Positions 13,771 to 27,347 of a stretch of 64,000 bases of DNA are shown here, piece after piece. Numbering within the stretch: the first letter of the stretch is position 1; each line of letters starts with the position of its first letter. The translations under genes and the position numbers were made by a program. Source of the DNA: Octopus sinensis (taxonomy: Eukaryota); the NCBI RefSeq assembly GCF_006345805.1, contig NC_043015.1, positions 32,798,001 through 32,862,000 of the forward strand, read 5' to 3'. A model generated the notes under the pieces. It was not told the DNA's origin and did not search any database. It saw nothing but the letters and a program-made list of their open reading frames with translations.

Positions 13771-14823
13771 AATCATCATCATCATCATCTTCGGAGTCAC
13801 TGTTGTTATGTTGTTCTTGCTCGCTGTCAATGGCCTCAATTCACAGATCTCAGCTTAGACATTTTCATCTAGATTAATTTTTTGGAAAATGTATTAGAAA
13901 TGTGGAGTGACGTTTTCTACACGAAAGAGCTTCAAAACTTTTGGAAGTCTACCCCATTACTTTAGGGAGAGGAAATTATTGTCTTTAGAAATTATAACTG
14001 TTTTAAACATATCTGGTGAATAGCCAATTGCAATAAATATATGCGTTGCAAGACAGTCGCCTGAAACACTTCTCCAACTTATAGTATACTAAAAGACATA
14101 TGCAAAGACAGGAATTCGAACTAAGTTACTTTCACTTCTACAACAGAAGTCACAAAATGAAGAGTACTGGAAACTAGTTTTGATTTTAATGAAGGAAAAA
14201 TCTGTACAAATTAAACAACACGACTAATAGGAAAATTATATCAGTTGTTAACCCTGCAGACAAAAAATGCTTTGGGGAGGGTATGTCACAGAAGCTAGTG
14301 CCTCCTTGCCTGTCGAATTTGTGCGTAAGAAGGTTAGTTAGGAGAGAAAATGTCTGAGTTTTCAGAGAATAAAGGTTTTCTTTCTGTCCTTCAAGAAGTT
14401 TTAGAGACCCATACCGATGTGTAGCTAGACGTATGTCCCATCAGCCGGAGAAAAGCAGGTAGAGGCATGTGCGGATTTTATGATTGTTGACGTCACAAGG
14501 AGGTTACGTATGTGTATGCATGTGCGTGGGAGGGTGCAAGTACATAAATACAAGACATTCGATATTAAAATTAATGTAAAATATTAAACTTTATTGAATC
14601 TGGAAAATTTGACAAACGTTTCATTCGAGTTTACGACATATTTGCATACCCATCTATTTGTTTATATCTCTACCTAACAATTCATACATCTACCTACCTA
14701 CCTACATACATACATACATACATACATACCTATCTATCTCTATCGATCGATCGATCTATCCATTTATCTATCTATCCACCTCATTTTGTTTCTAGCTATT
14801 TCTATATCTATCATTATATATTT

Positions 14824-15075
14824 ATAGGCGTATGGCTTAGTGGTTAAGGTGTTCTACTTACGTTTGTGAGATCGTGGGTTCGATTCACAGACTGGGTTTT
14901 GCGTTGTGTTCTTGAGCAAATTAATTCATTTCACGTTGCTTTGCAATCATTTCGATATTTGACATGTGACACCCAGTTGCACCTGTACAGGTAATGTCGA
15001 TCTGATGGAAGAGAGTGAGCTCATGTCTACACAAACATTTGATCACTATAAACGAATCATCTGTGCAGTGTTGGG
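14824..15075 (+). mobile_element. tRNA-derived SINE family C
   Basis: A-box TGGCTTAGTGG, B-box GGTTCGATTC, then GTGTTCTTGAGCAA. An inverted relative lies at about 45050-45240. Confidence 0.65.
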
Positions 15076-15080
15076 AGAGT

Positions 15081-15131
<51 letters not shown>

Positions 15132-15152
15132 TAATATATTTGTCTTTTATAT

Positions 15153-15515
15153 GATTGGACTGCAGCGATTCTGGAGCACCACCCTGAAGGTTTTAGTCGA
15201 AAAAATCACCTTTGTACTTAACTTTTTAAAACCTGGTACTTATTCTATCGGAACCATCCGCCGAACTACTAAGTTACGGGTGACGTAAACGAACCAACAC
15301 CGGTAGTCAAGCGGTGATGAGGGACGAACACAAACATAAACACACACACATACATATCAGGTTTCTTTCGGGTTTCCGTCTACTTAATTTACTAATAAGG
15401 GTTTGGTCAGCCCGGAGCCACAGTGGAAGCCACTCGCCCAATTTGCCATGTTGTGGGACTGAACCTGGAACCATGTGGTTGGGAAGCAAACATCGTATCA
15501 CATGACCAAGTCGGC
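15153..15515 (-). mobile_element. SINE family B
   Basis: Reverse complement of the family B head and 3' module. Confidence 0.75.
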
Positions 15516-16247
15516 CTATAGATAGACACATACGAACGTATGCACATATTAATTCACATGATACCCTACGCACAGATATGCTTAGAGAGAGGCAGATAGA
15601 AATATGGGATGCACTCACACACACATTCCCATATAATTATACTTGTAGGGTCCGTGATGTTGTGTTTATATATTTCTTCTCCTCGCGTATGTGTAGGGGT
15701 ATAGAAACCCATTACTTACTGCAATATATATTAACTTTGAAATAGCTGTATATTTAACTTACATAGAAAACAAACAATAAATCTGTTAGTATTATTTTAA
15801 TTTTCCTCTATATTTTTTACCACATGTCGTCGGAGGATTTGTATTTTCAGTGCCAATACTTATTCCCAAATCTATTTTAAGCGAAATTAAAACAACTCGA
15901 GCTGTTTAATTCTAATCTGTTCTTATTATCATAGAAAACATATAAATGCTGGAACCTTGAACCACAATCCATGAAGTTCTTTCTTCTCTCTCTCTTTTTA
16001 TTTTATACGAAAGATATTTATACTGTCAGAGATTTTTTAGGGATTTTCTTTGTTACATATTCTTTCTTTTTTTATTTGCAAATTGTTATTATTCGTGGCT
16101 TTATGTGACAAATTTCTCTCTGCACGTATTTACATATTAAACACATCAAAAGATGACGCCGTACATGATATAGAGTTTAAACAACTGCTACTACTGCAAA
16201 AGCTACTACTACTACTATTACTACTAGACTTGGACACACAAGACGGA

Positions 16248-16278
<31 letters not shown>

Positions 16279-16302
16279 TCTATCTATCTGATCTATCTAT
16301 AT

Positions 16303-16350
<48 letters not shown>

Positions 16351-16517
16351 ATATATACACCTACATACATACATATATATATATACATATATATATAATA
16401 TATTACATATATATATATATATACATACATACATATATATATATATATAATATACATACACAGATAGATGACAGATAGATAGGTAGATAGATAGATAGAG
16501 AGAATAGAGGAGAGAGT

Positions 16518-16564
<47 letters not shown>

Positions 16565-16690
16565 CTACCTACCTGCGCACTTATCTCTACATGTGCGCGT
16601 GTTAACTCTTTTAAACACACACACACACATGTATATAATATGTCTTTCCTATGCAAGATTTTTTTATGTGAAATCATGTTCAAACAGATA

Positions 16691-16839
16691 TTGTTGTATT
16701 TGGGGATGGTCGTCTATTGCCAATTAAAAGCATTCGGTAAGATTTTCAGTAACTTTGGGACACATGGGACAGAAAGTTGTTGAAGAGGTCACAGAAGGTG
16801 TGACGAAAAAACTCTGACAAATAAAGTAATAATAATAAT

Positions 16840-16873
<34 letters not shown>

Positions 16874-16874
16874 A

Positions 16875-16929
<55 letters not shown>

Positions 16930-17016
16930 TAATAATAATAATAATAATGAGGTAAAAATCAAATAAATATTGCATGATTTTAATTGGCAAAAGATGACCA
17001 TCCCCAAATACAACAA
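16691..17016. mobile_element. MITE-like element with ~40 bp terminal inverted repeats, TA flanks and internal (AAT)n
   Basis: 16688-16729 equals the reverse complement of 16978-17019 with 2 mismatches in 42. TA lies at 16689-16690 and 17017-17018. Confidence 0.75.
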
Positions 17017-17217
17017 TATATATATACGTGTGTGTTTGTATGTATATATATTATTTAATAACCACAATAAATATTTTTATGAGCTACAAATAGTTTCATC
17101 GCATAAAACTAAAAGTAGTTCATAAAAATATTTGGAGTTCATTTTTTTCTAATATTACCACCACGGAACAATACACTACATACATACATACATACATACA
17201 TACATACATACATACAT

Positions 17218-17248
<31 letters not shown>

Positions 17249-17794
17249 TGTACATACATAGATATGTGTGTGCATGTGTGCTTGCGTGTAAAACTAGAAA
17301 ACAAATGATAGCAATCGTATTTCAAAAAAAAGTTCTCTTTTTGAGATCTACAGCTCTTTCGTTGAGCGAAAATAACATTAACGCTATAATTATCATATAG
17401 TTCATTTAGTCGAATTTAATGAGGATGTAATTTTATCAGGAACATTTTTTTATTTCTTTCTTTTTCTTTTCTTTCTTTTTTTTTTCTTTTTTTTTTTGTT
17501 ACAATATGCATAATGCAAATCAAACACCACCCCGGTAATGATTATAATATTCAGAAGACAATACTTTCTGATTCCTTAATGCCATTTGGCGAAGTTGATT
17601 ACCATATTTTTAGTCTTAGTTCTTCCTTCTACATTGACCCCTACATCGGGCAGCAAGACAAGGCCTCCAGCCTTCCCGGTTTTCCTCATCGTCGTCTTCC
17701 CACGTGATGGCAAAGTTACTTCAGATTTGCTTTGTACACTATTCTACATTATATATGACACCTTTCGATTTTAGATTAAATTATATTCAATAAG

Positions 17795-17964
17795 GGCAGG
17801 CATGGTTGTGTGGTGAGTAGCTTGCTTACCAACCACATGGCTCCAGGTTCAGTCCCACTGCGAGGCACCTTGAACAAGTGTTTTCCGCTGTAACCTCGGG
17901 CCGAACAAAGCCTTTTGGATGTGGTTGATGGGACAAGCATGTGTGTGTGTGTGTGAGTGTGTGT

Positions 17965-18003
<39 letters not shown>

Positions 18004-18250
18004 GTGTCTTTGTGTCAGTGTTTGTCTCCCGCCAAAACTTGACAACCGGTGCTGGTTTCTTTACGTCCCCGTGACTTAGCGCTTCGGCAAAAAGAAACCG
18101 ATATAACAAGTACCAGGCTTAAAACAGACAATAAATATCGGGGTCGATTCATTCGACCAAAGTTTCTTCAAGGCGATGCCCTAGCATGGCCGCAGTCAAA
18201 TGACCAAGACAAAGAAAAGATAAAAGAAACAAGAGAAGATAAAAGATACA
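17795..18250 (+). mobile_element. SINE family B, near full length
   Basis: Head, CORE-like block, (TG)n and 3' module are all present. Confidence 0.8.
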
Positions 18251-18571
18251 AAAGAAGGATATTTAAGTTTTTCAAAAGAAAATGATAGAAATATATATAT
18301 ACGTAAGATAAAATCTTTTTTTTTTTTCAACTTGGAGCAGATACAACATAAATTTTAGAATAACTGCATTCTATTCTTATTTACATCCCGCATTTTTACG
18401 CTGACAATATCCTCTTAGTAAACAATTGTCATTTACTCTACAATTACATTAGAACTTATTCTTTTGAGATCAATTATTTTTTAACAATTTTCTTTATAAT
18501 TCAGACTTCAATGAACTTTTAAAAATTATCATTTTATGATTATTATTGGGAAAATTGTTAGCATTATTATT

Positions 18572-18631
<60 letters not shown>

Positions 18632-18633
<2 letters not shown>

Positions 18634-20410
18634 TGTTTGACTTTTGCTTGCCTTTGTAAAAGTTGGTTCCAAGTCTCACCCAGAGACCTCAAGAGACAAG
18701 AAGTTAGAAGTTCATGTTGGTGTTATGCCTAGGGTGCCATATATAAGAAAAGTATGTGTTTGTTTTAAAACTTGAAATTTCATAGTCAGTATTTTACGTA
18801 GGATATGAGCAGTTCCTATGAGCACTATCTTTTGAATTTCTTCCATTTTGGGGTTTCCTGGTATCAGAGCTAGGTAGCAATCAACCCCTTTTAGGGTGGT
18901 GCATTCTATGTATTGTCAACAATTTTCGTATATTTCTGTCAAGATTACATATTTCAGTAATTGACAAGTTAATGATATTGTAACTGTAAGTCACAACCGG
19001 TATGGCTAAAGTATTGATCGCTTCGATCCTGTTTTTTGCATCCAGCTTTGTCTTCAGTATTGCTTTCACCCTGCGATAATATTTTCTTCTGATCCTTTCC
19101 CTCATCATTGAATGTTTGATTCCGTCCCCTTCAAATATCCCTAGGTATTTATAGCCCTCCGCTGGTTCTAACTCTTTTATGACATTCTGCTGGTCAAGGT
19201 TAACGTTAGATGTTTCTGTCATTATTTCTTTGATAAAGGTAGCTTTTGCACATTTATCGAGGCCAAATTGCATCTTGATGTCATCACTGAATTGTTTAAC
19301 AGTCGCTAGTAAATCCTTGAGTTGTTGGTCATTTTTTTGCAAAGAGCTTTAAATCATCCATGTAAATGAAATGATTTATGTTTTTATCAAACATTTTATA
19401 ACCGTACTGTACATCACTGAGCAATTTCGAGAGAGGTATTAAGGCTAGACAAAAGAGGGGTGGTGATAGAGAGTCACCCTGGAAAATGCCACATGAAATT
19501 CTTACATCTCCTGCATTAAGAGATTCATTGTCACTGTTCAAAAGTCAGTGTGGTTCTCCATGATGTCATACTTTACAGACAAAAAGTTTTGCAGAATAGG
19601 AGCTATTTTATACATTTCCAGGCATTTCTTAATCCAGCTATGCGGTAGGCTGTCAAAAGATTTTTATAGTCTATCCAGGCTATTGTCAAGTTTTTGTGTC
19701 ATTTGTGACAATCTTCCCAGATCATCTTATTGATGAGTAGCTGATCTTCACAACAATAGGATCCACGTTTACATCCTTTTTGCTCATTAGGGAATATGTC
19801 ACTTTCTATTAAAAAACTATAGGTATATTCATTCAGGACAGATGTTAGCGTTTTATACATTGTTGTTAAGCAGGTTATGGGTCTATAATTTTTTGTTCAT
19901 TTGCTTCTTCATTTTTTGGAAGTAGGAAGGTTACACCATTAACTTGCCAAGAGGGAATCATTCAAGGATGTTGCAAAACATTGTTGTAAAGTTTTGTTAG
20001 CAGTTCTTGGCTCTCTGGGGAGGCATTCAACCAGAAGTTAGGAATTTTATCCTTTCCTGGGGACTTCCATTTGCTTCACTTTCTGAGAGTAGATCTCACA
20101 TCTTCTACCTTGACACCCTCCCACTTTTGCTCTTCTAAGGATTCTAAGTCAGTAGATATTCTATCAATCCAAGGGGCCTTTTTATCGTGTGTTTTTCCTT
20201 CTACCCAAATTTTATTCCAAAATTCCTGCACTTCTTCTTTTGATGGGACAGACTTTACTGTAACTGATATTTTCCCCATCATCCTGTAAAAGTTTTTGGT
20301 ATTATTTTCGAACATGTCCTTGAAGAATCTAACGCGCTTTTCATATCTTGCTATGCGGGCAGCTTTATCACACACCTTTTGCTTGATGCTGTCTATGGTG
20401 GTATCAATAT
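18632..20410 (-). mobile_element. R4/Dong-like (RLE-clade) LINE remnant with frameshifted reverse transcriptase, 5'-truncated and internally deleted
   Basis: Remnants include KSPG, NYRPITCL, GIFQGDSLSP, YMDDLKLFAK, FGLDKCA, YKYLG and the C-terminal QKIVLIGTAHILRKIL. The 3' UTR is followed by (AAT)n. Confidence 0.9.
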
Positions 20411-20492
20411 CAAATTAAGTACCAATGAAACACTGGGGCCGATGTAATCTAGTCTTCTCCCCCACATTTCAGGACTTTTGCCTATTGTAGAA

Positions 20493-20580
<88 letters not shown>

Positions 20581-20594
20581 ATTATTATTATTAT

Positions 20595-21240
20595 CATTCA
20601 GGAGTCTTATTTTTATAACGTGCTTTCACTGCACTACCGAGCGCAGTTCTTTGTGTATTGGTTATGTGCTGAGGTTTGTTGTACTGCTCTTATTTTCTCT
20701 GTATTGAAAGTGTTTTACGTAGGGTCAGCCCAATCCCAGTGCCTAGTAGTGCTATGTTCTGTATGTTATATACATTCGTAAGTCCAGCTGTTTTGGTTAT
20801 GTATTTGCCTGAATGTTTTTTTCTCATCATACCTAATGCACTTAATATTATAGGAATTGTTTTTAGACTCCACATTCGGCTTACCTCTATTTCCAGATCT
20901 TTGTACTTTCACAGTTTCTCCGCTTTTTTTTTAGAGATACATTGTCATCTGTTGATATCGATACATCAATTGGAAAGCATGTTCTTTTTGGTGATCTCTG
21001 ATAACTGTTTGCCCATTCTCTGCAATATTATTGCAGTGAAGAATTTGTAAACTGAAGGGAGACAAGATATCGATCTGTAATTCTGCGGGTTTGCCGTTCC
21101 CGTGGCTTTGGGAATTAGGATGGTTTTCCTTTCCGTGAGCCATTCAGGCATTATCTCTGATTCTGCTAGTTTTTCATTAGATTTCTCAGTCAGCTTTTTA
21201 TGTATTCCTGTTAAATATTTTAATCAGAATTTGGGAAACT
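20595..21240 (-). mobile_element. Second R4/Dong-like LINE remnant (RT N-terminal region fused to RLE C-terminus)
   Basis: PEWLTERKTILIPK..NPQNYRSISCLPSVYK is joined near 20998 to IDVSI..KYKDLEIEVSRMWSLKTIPIILSALG..NIALLGTG. It has its own 3' UTR followed by (AAT/AAC)n. Confidence 0.85.
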
Positions 21241-21352
21241 TGTCACCCTAGGCATAACACCAACATGGACTTCTAACTTGTTGTTCTCTTGAGGTCTCTG
21301 AGTGAGACTTGGAGTCAACTTGTACAAATGTAAAGCAAAAGTAAAACATAAT
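21241..21352 (+). mobile_element. 3' tail of the R4/Dong-like family seen at 18632
   Basis: CACCCTAGGCATAACACCAACATG...GAGGTCTCTG.GTGAGACTTGGA...AAAGCAAAAGT followed by (AAT)n; inverted match to about 18632-18740. Confidence 0.8.
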
Positions 21353-22913
21353 AATAATAATAATTAATCTGTCAGGCCTGTTAATGGTGTTTTTTGCTAA
21401 GTTTGGTTTGATATGCTTGTTTGGTCAAGTTTGCAGGGATATAATTTTTTTTTTTTTTTGGTGAGGGCAGGAGAGATATTATGTTTAAATTATTGTTGCT
21501 TTCGTCAACATTAAGGTTTAATGATATATATTTTTGAGAGAATTTAACTGTGAAACTAATTAAGTATACATCTATTGTAACTTATATTTCGTGGGTGAAG
21601 GATTTTAATGTGGCTCTCGGAAAGCGTTTGGATTTATTTCAATGAGAACATGTCTTTTTAATTATAATTCTTTTGAGTGTATTTAAGTGTGTGTGTGTGT
21701 GTGTGTCTGTGTGTGTGTATGTGTATGACCGTGTATGTGTATGAACATCTGGATTTCATTGTTGAAACTTAAGAATAAAATATTTGTAATTTTATTATGG
21801 TCAGTGTGACTCAAATAAAATAAACTTTCTTTTGGTCAGTCGTCCCCATTTCTTTGAAGTAAATGTTTTTTTAAAAAATATTCTTCTTTGATTGTAATTG
21901 TTTTGTATGTGTGCACGCGGCATCATCTGGTTTTCATATGCTTGTTTATGTATCAAAGGTTTCTGGTTATGGCTAAAATATTTGGATTTATAGCTGAACT
22001 TACACGTACACACGCGCACACACACACATACATCTATGTATAAACATTTTGCATAGTTAATTCATTGAAGACTATATGTTGATTGAGTTGAAACTTTTCA
22101 GGTGTATGCGCTGTGGTCAAGGATTTTTGTGTGAATATGTACGTGTACGTGTGTATGTGAGGGAGAGAGTGTATGTGCGTGTGTGTGGAAGTGTTTGTGG
22201 CTTGCGTGTGTTATCGCGTATGTACGTAGTGTTTGTGATTGTGTATGCGTGCGTACGTATATTAATATATGACTGGCATAAAGATTTCTTAATACCACAA
22301 ACTTCTGTGGAATATATGTACATTCTCTTCGCCATGAAGATATTATATATAATGGTAAAGTGCTAACATCTCTCTATTGCATAAAATTTTGCTAAAATCT
22401 ATTGATATATTCTGTGGAACATATTTGATTATTTTTATAGACACGTCATTTAAAGACATGATGCCTTTCTGAGATAGTAATTTATTCAGTTTTGCCTGTT
22501 ACTATGTAAATTTTATATATTATATCTAAGTGATCCACTTAACATGCAGCTAATATGGATTTTTCGAAAGTAAAAATAACGATGACTTCAAACAGGATAA
22601 AGTTTCCCTAAATTACAAGGCAACAAAATACAAATTGCTACTAAAAGGCAACGGAATCTATTCTGCATTTCAAATTCCCGTTTACAAGAACGACGAAGAA
22701 TGACAACATAAAAGGCAGACATAATGGAGAACCGGACCCGAAGCATTACTAGTTGCGCCATACTTTATAGTAAGATCATAATGTTGATCATTTCCTTGTA
22801 GATTAATCATCAAACACTAAGTCGGCAAATACCGGTAAAATACTGAGGGCGATTCCACTGAATAGAACATTCGACCGCGTTCGAAAATCCCGTAGGAGTC
22901 GATGTGTACATAA

Positions 22914-23311
22914 TCTTTATATATAAAAGGGAAGTTGTGTGCTGGCTGTCTCCTACGGTTTAGATTCCTAACTACTCCCACATTTTGCGGTGCAGTTTAA
23001 CCAAAAGTGGGTATCTTATAGTCGCGATTCATATCGAGCCCTTCTGGGTATTAGCGCGCGTCTACGTTGAGTCTACGATTTAAAAAAAAAATTACCATCA
23101 TTTTTTCCCATTTTCAATGCATTTTTTTGCTATTATATAAGGGAAGTAACTCTCTAAAAATGTATTATTAAATCTCAGAACGTAAAAAGCTACAGTAACA
23201 TCCCCCTTTGTTGTTAGCCATATTGAGATGGCTATTATACTTTACATCTTTAAAAATGCTTATATAGTTATTTCCCTTACAAACCCGAGCAACGCCGGGC
23301 GATACTGCTAG
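22914..23311 (+). mobile_element. Non-autonomous Helitron
   Basis: Inserted between A(22913) and T(23312). 5' TC, 3' CTAG, and a GC-rich hairpin CCCGAGCAACGCCGGG about 10 nt before the end. Confidence 0.85.
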
Positions 23312-23332
23312 TGACATATAAACGTACATAAA

Positions 23333-23445
23333 GAGGCGAGTTGGTAGAATTGTTAACGCGCCGGACAAAATGCTTAGCGGAATTTCGTCCATCTTTATGT
23401 CCTGAGTTCAAACTCCGCTGCAGTTGAATTTCCTTTCATCCTTTA
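23333..23445 (+). mobile_element. SINE family A, 5' part
   Basis: GGCGAGTTGGTAGAATTGTTAACGCGCCGGACAAAATGCTTAGCGG...CTGAGTTCAAACTCCG. Confidence 0.75.
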
Positions 23446-23648
23446 TTATGTATGTGTGTGTGATTAACAAATAATTGGAAATCACACATATTTGTATATT
23501 TATTTTTTTATGTGTATGTCTCCGTTATTATACATTTCATACAATTCTAATGTACGATATGTTTTCTCTGTTCTTGCAGACGCTGAACTGGATCGATTAC
23601 AAAATCAACAAGCCGCTTTTACAGAATTACACTTACGAGGTGATTTGA

Positions 23649-23662
23649 CCGCCATCTACCGG
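23649..23662 (-). promoter_or_regulatory. CTCF-like motif
   Basis: Reverse complement CCGGTAGATGGCGG matches 14/14 positions of CCRSYAGRKGGCRS. Confidence 0.35.
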
Positions 23663-23741
23663 GACAATTTGGCTGTTGTCGGAATGGGATAAATGGAAAT
23701 GACGTTAAAAAAATGTTCGATAGATATTAAAATATAAATGA

Positions 23742-23815
<74 letters not shown>

Positions 23816-24679
23816 ATATATACATTATATACATATATGTATACATATATATTATATAATATATAATATATATATATATACAATATATATATATATATAC
23901 ATATATGTATGTATACTATATAAATATATACATATAATTATATGAACATTTAAGTATATATAACTATTTGTGTGTGTATGTATATATATATATATTATAC
24001 ATTATATATATATATATATATATACATATTATATATATATATATATTTATAATATAGACTTCTATGTATTTATGCATATGTATATATATAATATATATAT
24101 AATATATATATATATATTATACACACACACACATACATATATGTATATATATCCATGTTTATAGATGCTCGCGTGCATGAAATGAGACGCGAAAGTAAAA
24201 TGTTTTATGGGAACTAAATTAATGACTCAATCAGCGAAAAAGTGTTCTGTCAGGTGTCAGCCCATCCTACATGTGTGCATATATACATATGTATATATGT
24301 ATATATATACACATATATATACATACATATATATATATATATACATATACATACATATATGCAGGTATATATGTATATATATATATATACACACACACAG
24401 AAAGAAAAAGTGAGAAAAGAGAGAGATTGAAACTGAAAGAGAGCTTGCCTAGTGACATGAGTTTCATGGCCCTACGACCCCCGCAATGTGTGTGTGCGTG
24501 TGTGTCTGTGTCTGTGTCTGTGTGTGTGTATAGAAATATATATTTGTAGGGCGAGTGCATTCATTACAAGCACACATACACGTACATACATATATATATA
24601 CATATACAGACACAAATATGTGTATATGCGTGTTCATGTATGTATGTATGCTTGTATGCATGCATATATGTATACATGC

Positions 24680-24712
<33 letters not shown>

Positions 24713-25513
24713 TTTATGCCAGCACAACCACAATGCTACTGAGCCAGTAATATAAACTGATACAAAAATGTCATCGACTACAATAGTAACATTACAATGA
24801 ATGAGTGATCAGCAACGCACTAGTGTTACCTTTATAACCATATTGAATGACACCTTACCAAATGAACACCGTTGATGTCCGTTTTGATATCAATAAATAC
24901 ATATATGTGCGTATGTTTATGTAATCTAAAGTTCCATATATACATATATATATACAAATGGATATGTATATATATATGTGTATATATGTATACATATATG
25001 TGTATATATGTATACATATATGTATGTATATACATATATGCATATATATATATGTGGGTGTATGTATATATGTGTGTGTATGTAGGCTTGTATGTATATG
25101 TATATATATATATATATATATTTTTGTTTTATTTATATATATAAAACAAGAAGTATTGATTAAATAATGAACTCAGTACATGGATTAGACCTGAGCAAAT
25201 TCTTGAAATATTATCTAATATATAATATACATACATGTATATATATATACATGCATACATACATATATATGTATGCATATCTATATGTATATGTGTATAT
25301 ATGTATGCATATATATATACATATGTATGTTTACACATATATATATATATAGATATATATATATGTATGTATACATATGTATGCGTGTATGTATGTATAT
25401 GTATATACATATACACATACACATTATTATTATTATTATTATCATCATCATCACCACGACCACATCAACACCACCATCATCATCACTATCATCATCATCA
25501 TCACCATCATCAT

Positions 25514-25573
<60 letters not shown>

Positions 25574-26076
25574 TGTTATTATCATTTTAGCCGAAAAAAA
25601 ACCTGGCAAAATCTATCAGTAAGTCGCACGGACGGCTGTATAATTGTTTTTCTGACCAATATGGCTGACCGAAGATGCAGATACACAGTTCTTTGCGGAA
25701 TGTAAAAACGTCATTTAGTGTGAACTCGATTGAATTACTCCTACTCTATCCCTGGTATTGAGTATGTTTTCCACATTTTAGGATTAACATGTATATTATA
25801 TATGAGATCTAAATAAATTCATCCGTATATAATACATATAAATATAATTTTAATTATACACGATTGCATATCTGAAGATTCATCGGAATATATATATATA
25901 TATCATGGTCTTTCCCGTCGGTTTCGACGTATGAGGATCTGACAACCCTCTCTTTGTCAGTCACACACAAACACACATACACACATACATACACATATAC
26001 ACACACACATATATGTATGTATGTATGTACGTAATATGTAGTCATGTATCTATCTATGTACGTATATATGTATGTG

Positions 26077-26120
<44 letters not shown>

Positions 26121-26859
26121 TGTATATGAATGTATGTGTGTGCATATATATATTATATATACATATACGTTGTAGAGTGCTCAGCCACTTGCACGTTAAT
26201 TTATCGAGCGGGCTGTTTCGTTGATGGGATCAACTGAATGCCGTTGTCGTAAGTGACGGAGCGCCAGATTGTATGTATATATATTCACACATATAAATAG
26301 ATACATATATACACGCGTACACAGTTTTGAAGAAAATATGTAATTTTGATCATTAAATATAATACAAATGAAGATATATCATTCGCTGAGTTTCCTGAGG
26401 CACCCGAATCCATGCCATTCCAACACACCTTTTTTCTCTGTACCAGCATACCTACCCATCTTCCTTCTTATTTATTTCTCGACCTACTTTCTCTGGAATT
26501 TTCCTATCACGAAAAAACTGATCTACTTGCTATTATCACCTCTTTGCTAAACCTGTTCTAACGAGGACCCGAAATTACATAATTCAAAGGAAATTATTCA
26601 CACGATTGGTCTCACAATCTGCTGGAAATATCAACCAAAATATGTTCAGTGTATGATTGACTCATTGGGTAATGTTCAGCTGGAGCGATTTTATCATCTC
26701 ACTGCTTGAAAGGGGCTGGCCTTGAGTTAGATGAATACAACTAAAATAGATCTGAAATTTACACCATATAATTTAATATACTTTATAATTATTATTATTA
26801 TTATTATAATTATAATAATATAATAATAATTATTATTATTATTATAATTATTATTATAG

Positions 26860-26932
<73 letters not shown>

Positions 26933-27347
26933 TACTTGACAGAGAGATTTTTACCCAATGTTAACGTTTAATTTGGTGAGAAGCAAAAGCACGCAGAGAG
27001 AATTATTATACTATGGTGGAACTCTCTAGGATATAGGATCTATCAAGGGGACCTTTGATAATTCCAATGTATCTTCTTTAATTGGCTGCAACCGAGATAC
27101 GTTTTACAATGTTTACAATCAGGAATCTATGCTCACGTTTAGCTTTGCTAGAGCCTCAATTTCGTATTCTGTAAGGTCTCACTGCTAATATCGGCACGTT
27201 AATTCTTCTCTTTCTGTTACGGAGAAGATATCTACAGAATATAAGATATGAAATAGCTTGTTGACGAGCAAAACCAAAGGTGCGTCGAGAAATATTTGTA
27301 GAGATGAGCGGAACATGGCCATATATCCATATATATATATATATATA

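Noticed and set aside
14824-14895. tRNA-like A and B boxes as a tRNA gene
   Set aside because: No cloverleaf or acceptor stem, and it continues into SINE body sequence; the same applies to family A and B heads.
16688-16736. Apparent exon DIVVFGDGRLLPIKSIR with a GTAAGA donor
   Set aside because: It is the left arm of the inverted-repeat element.
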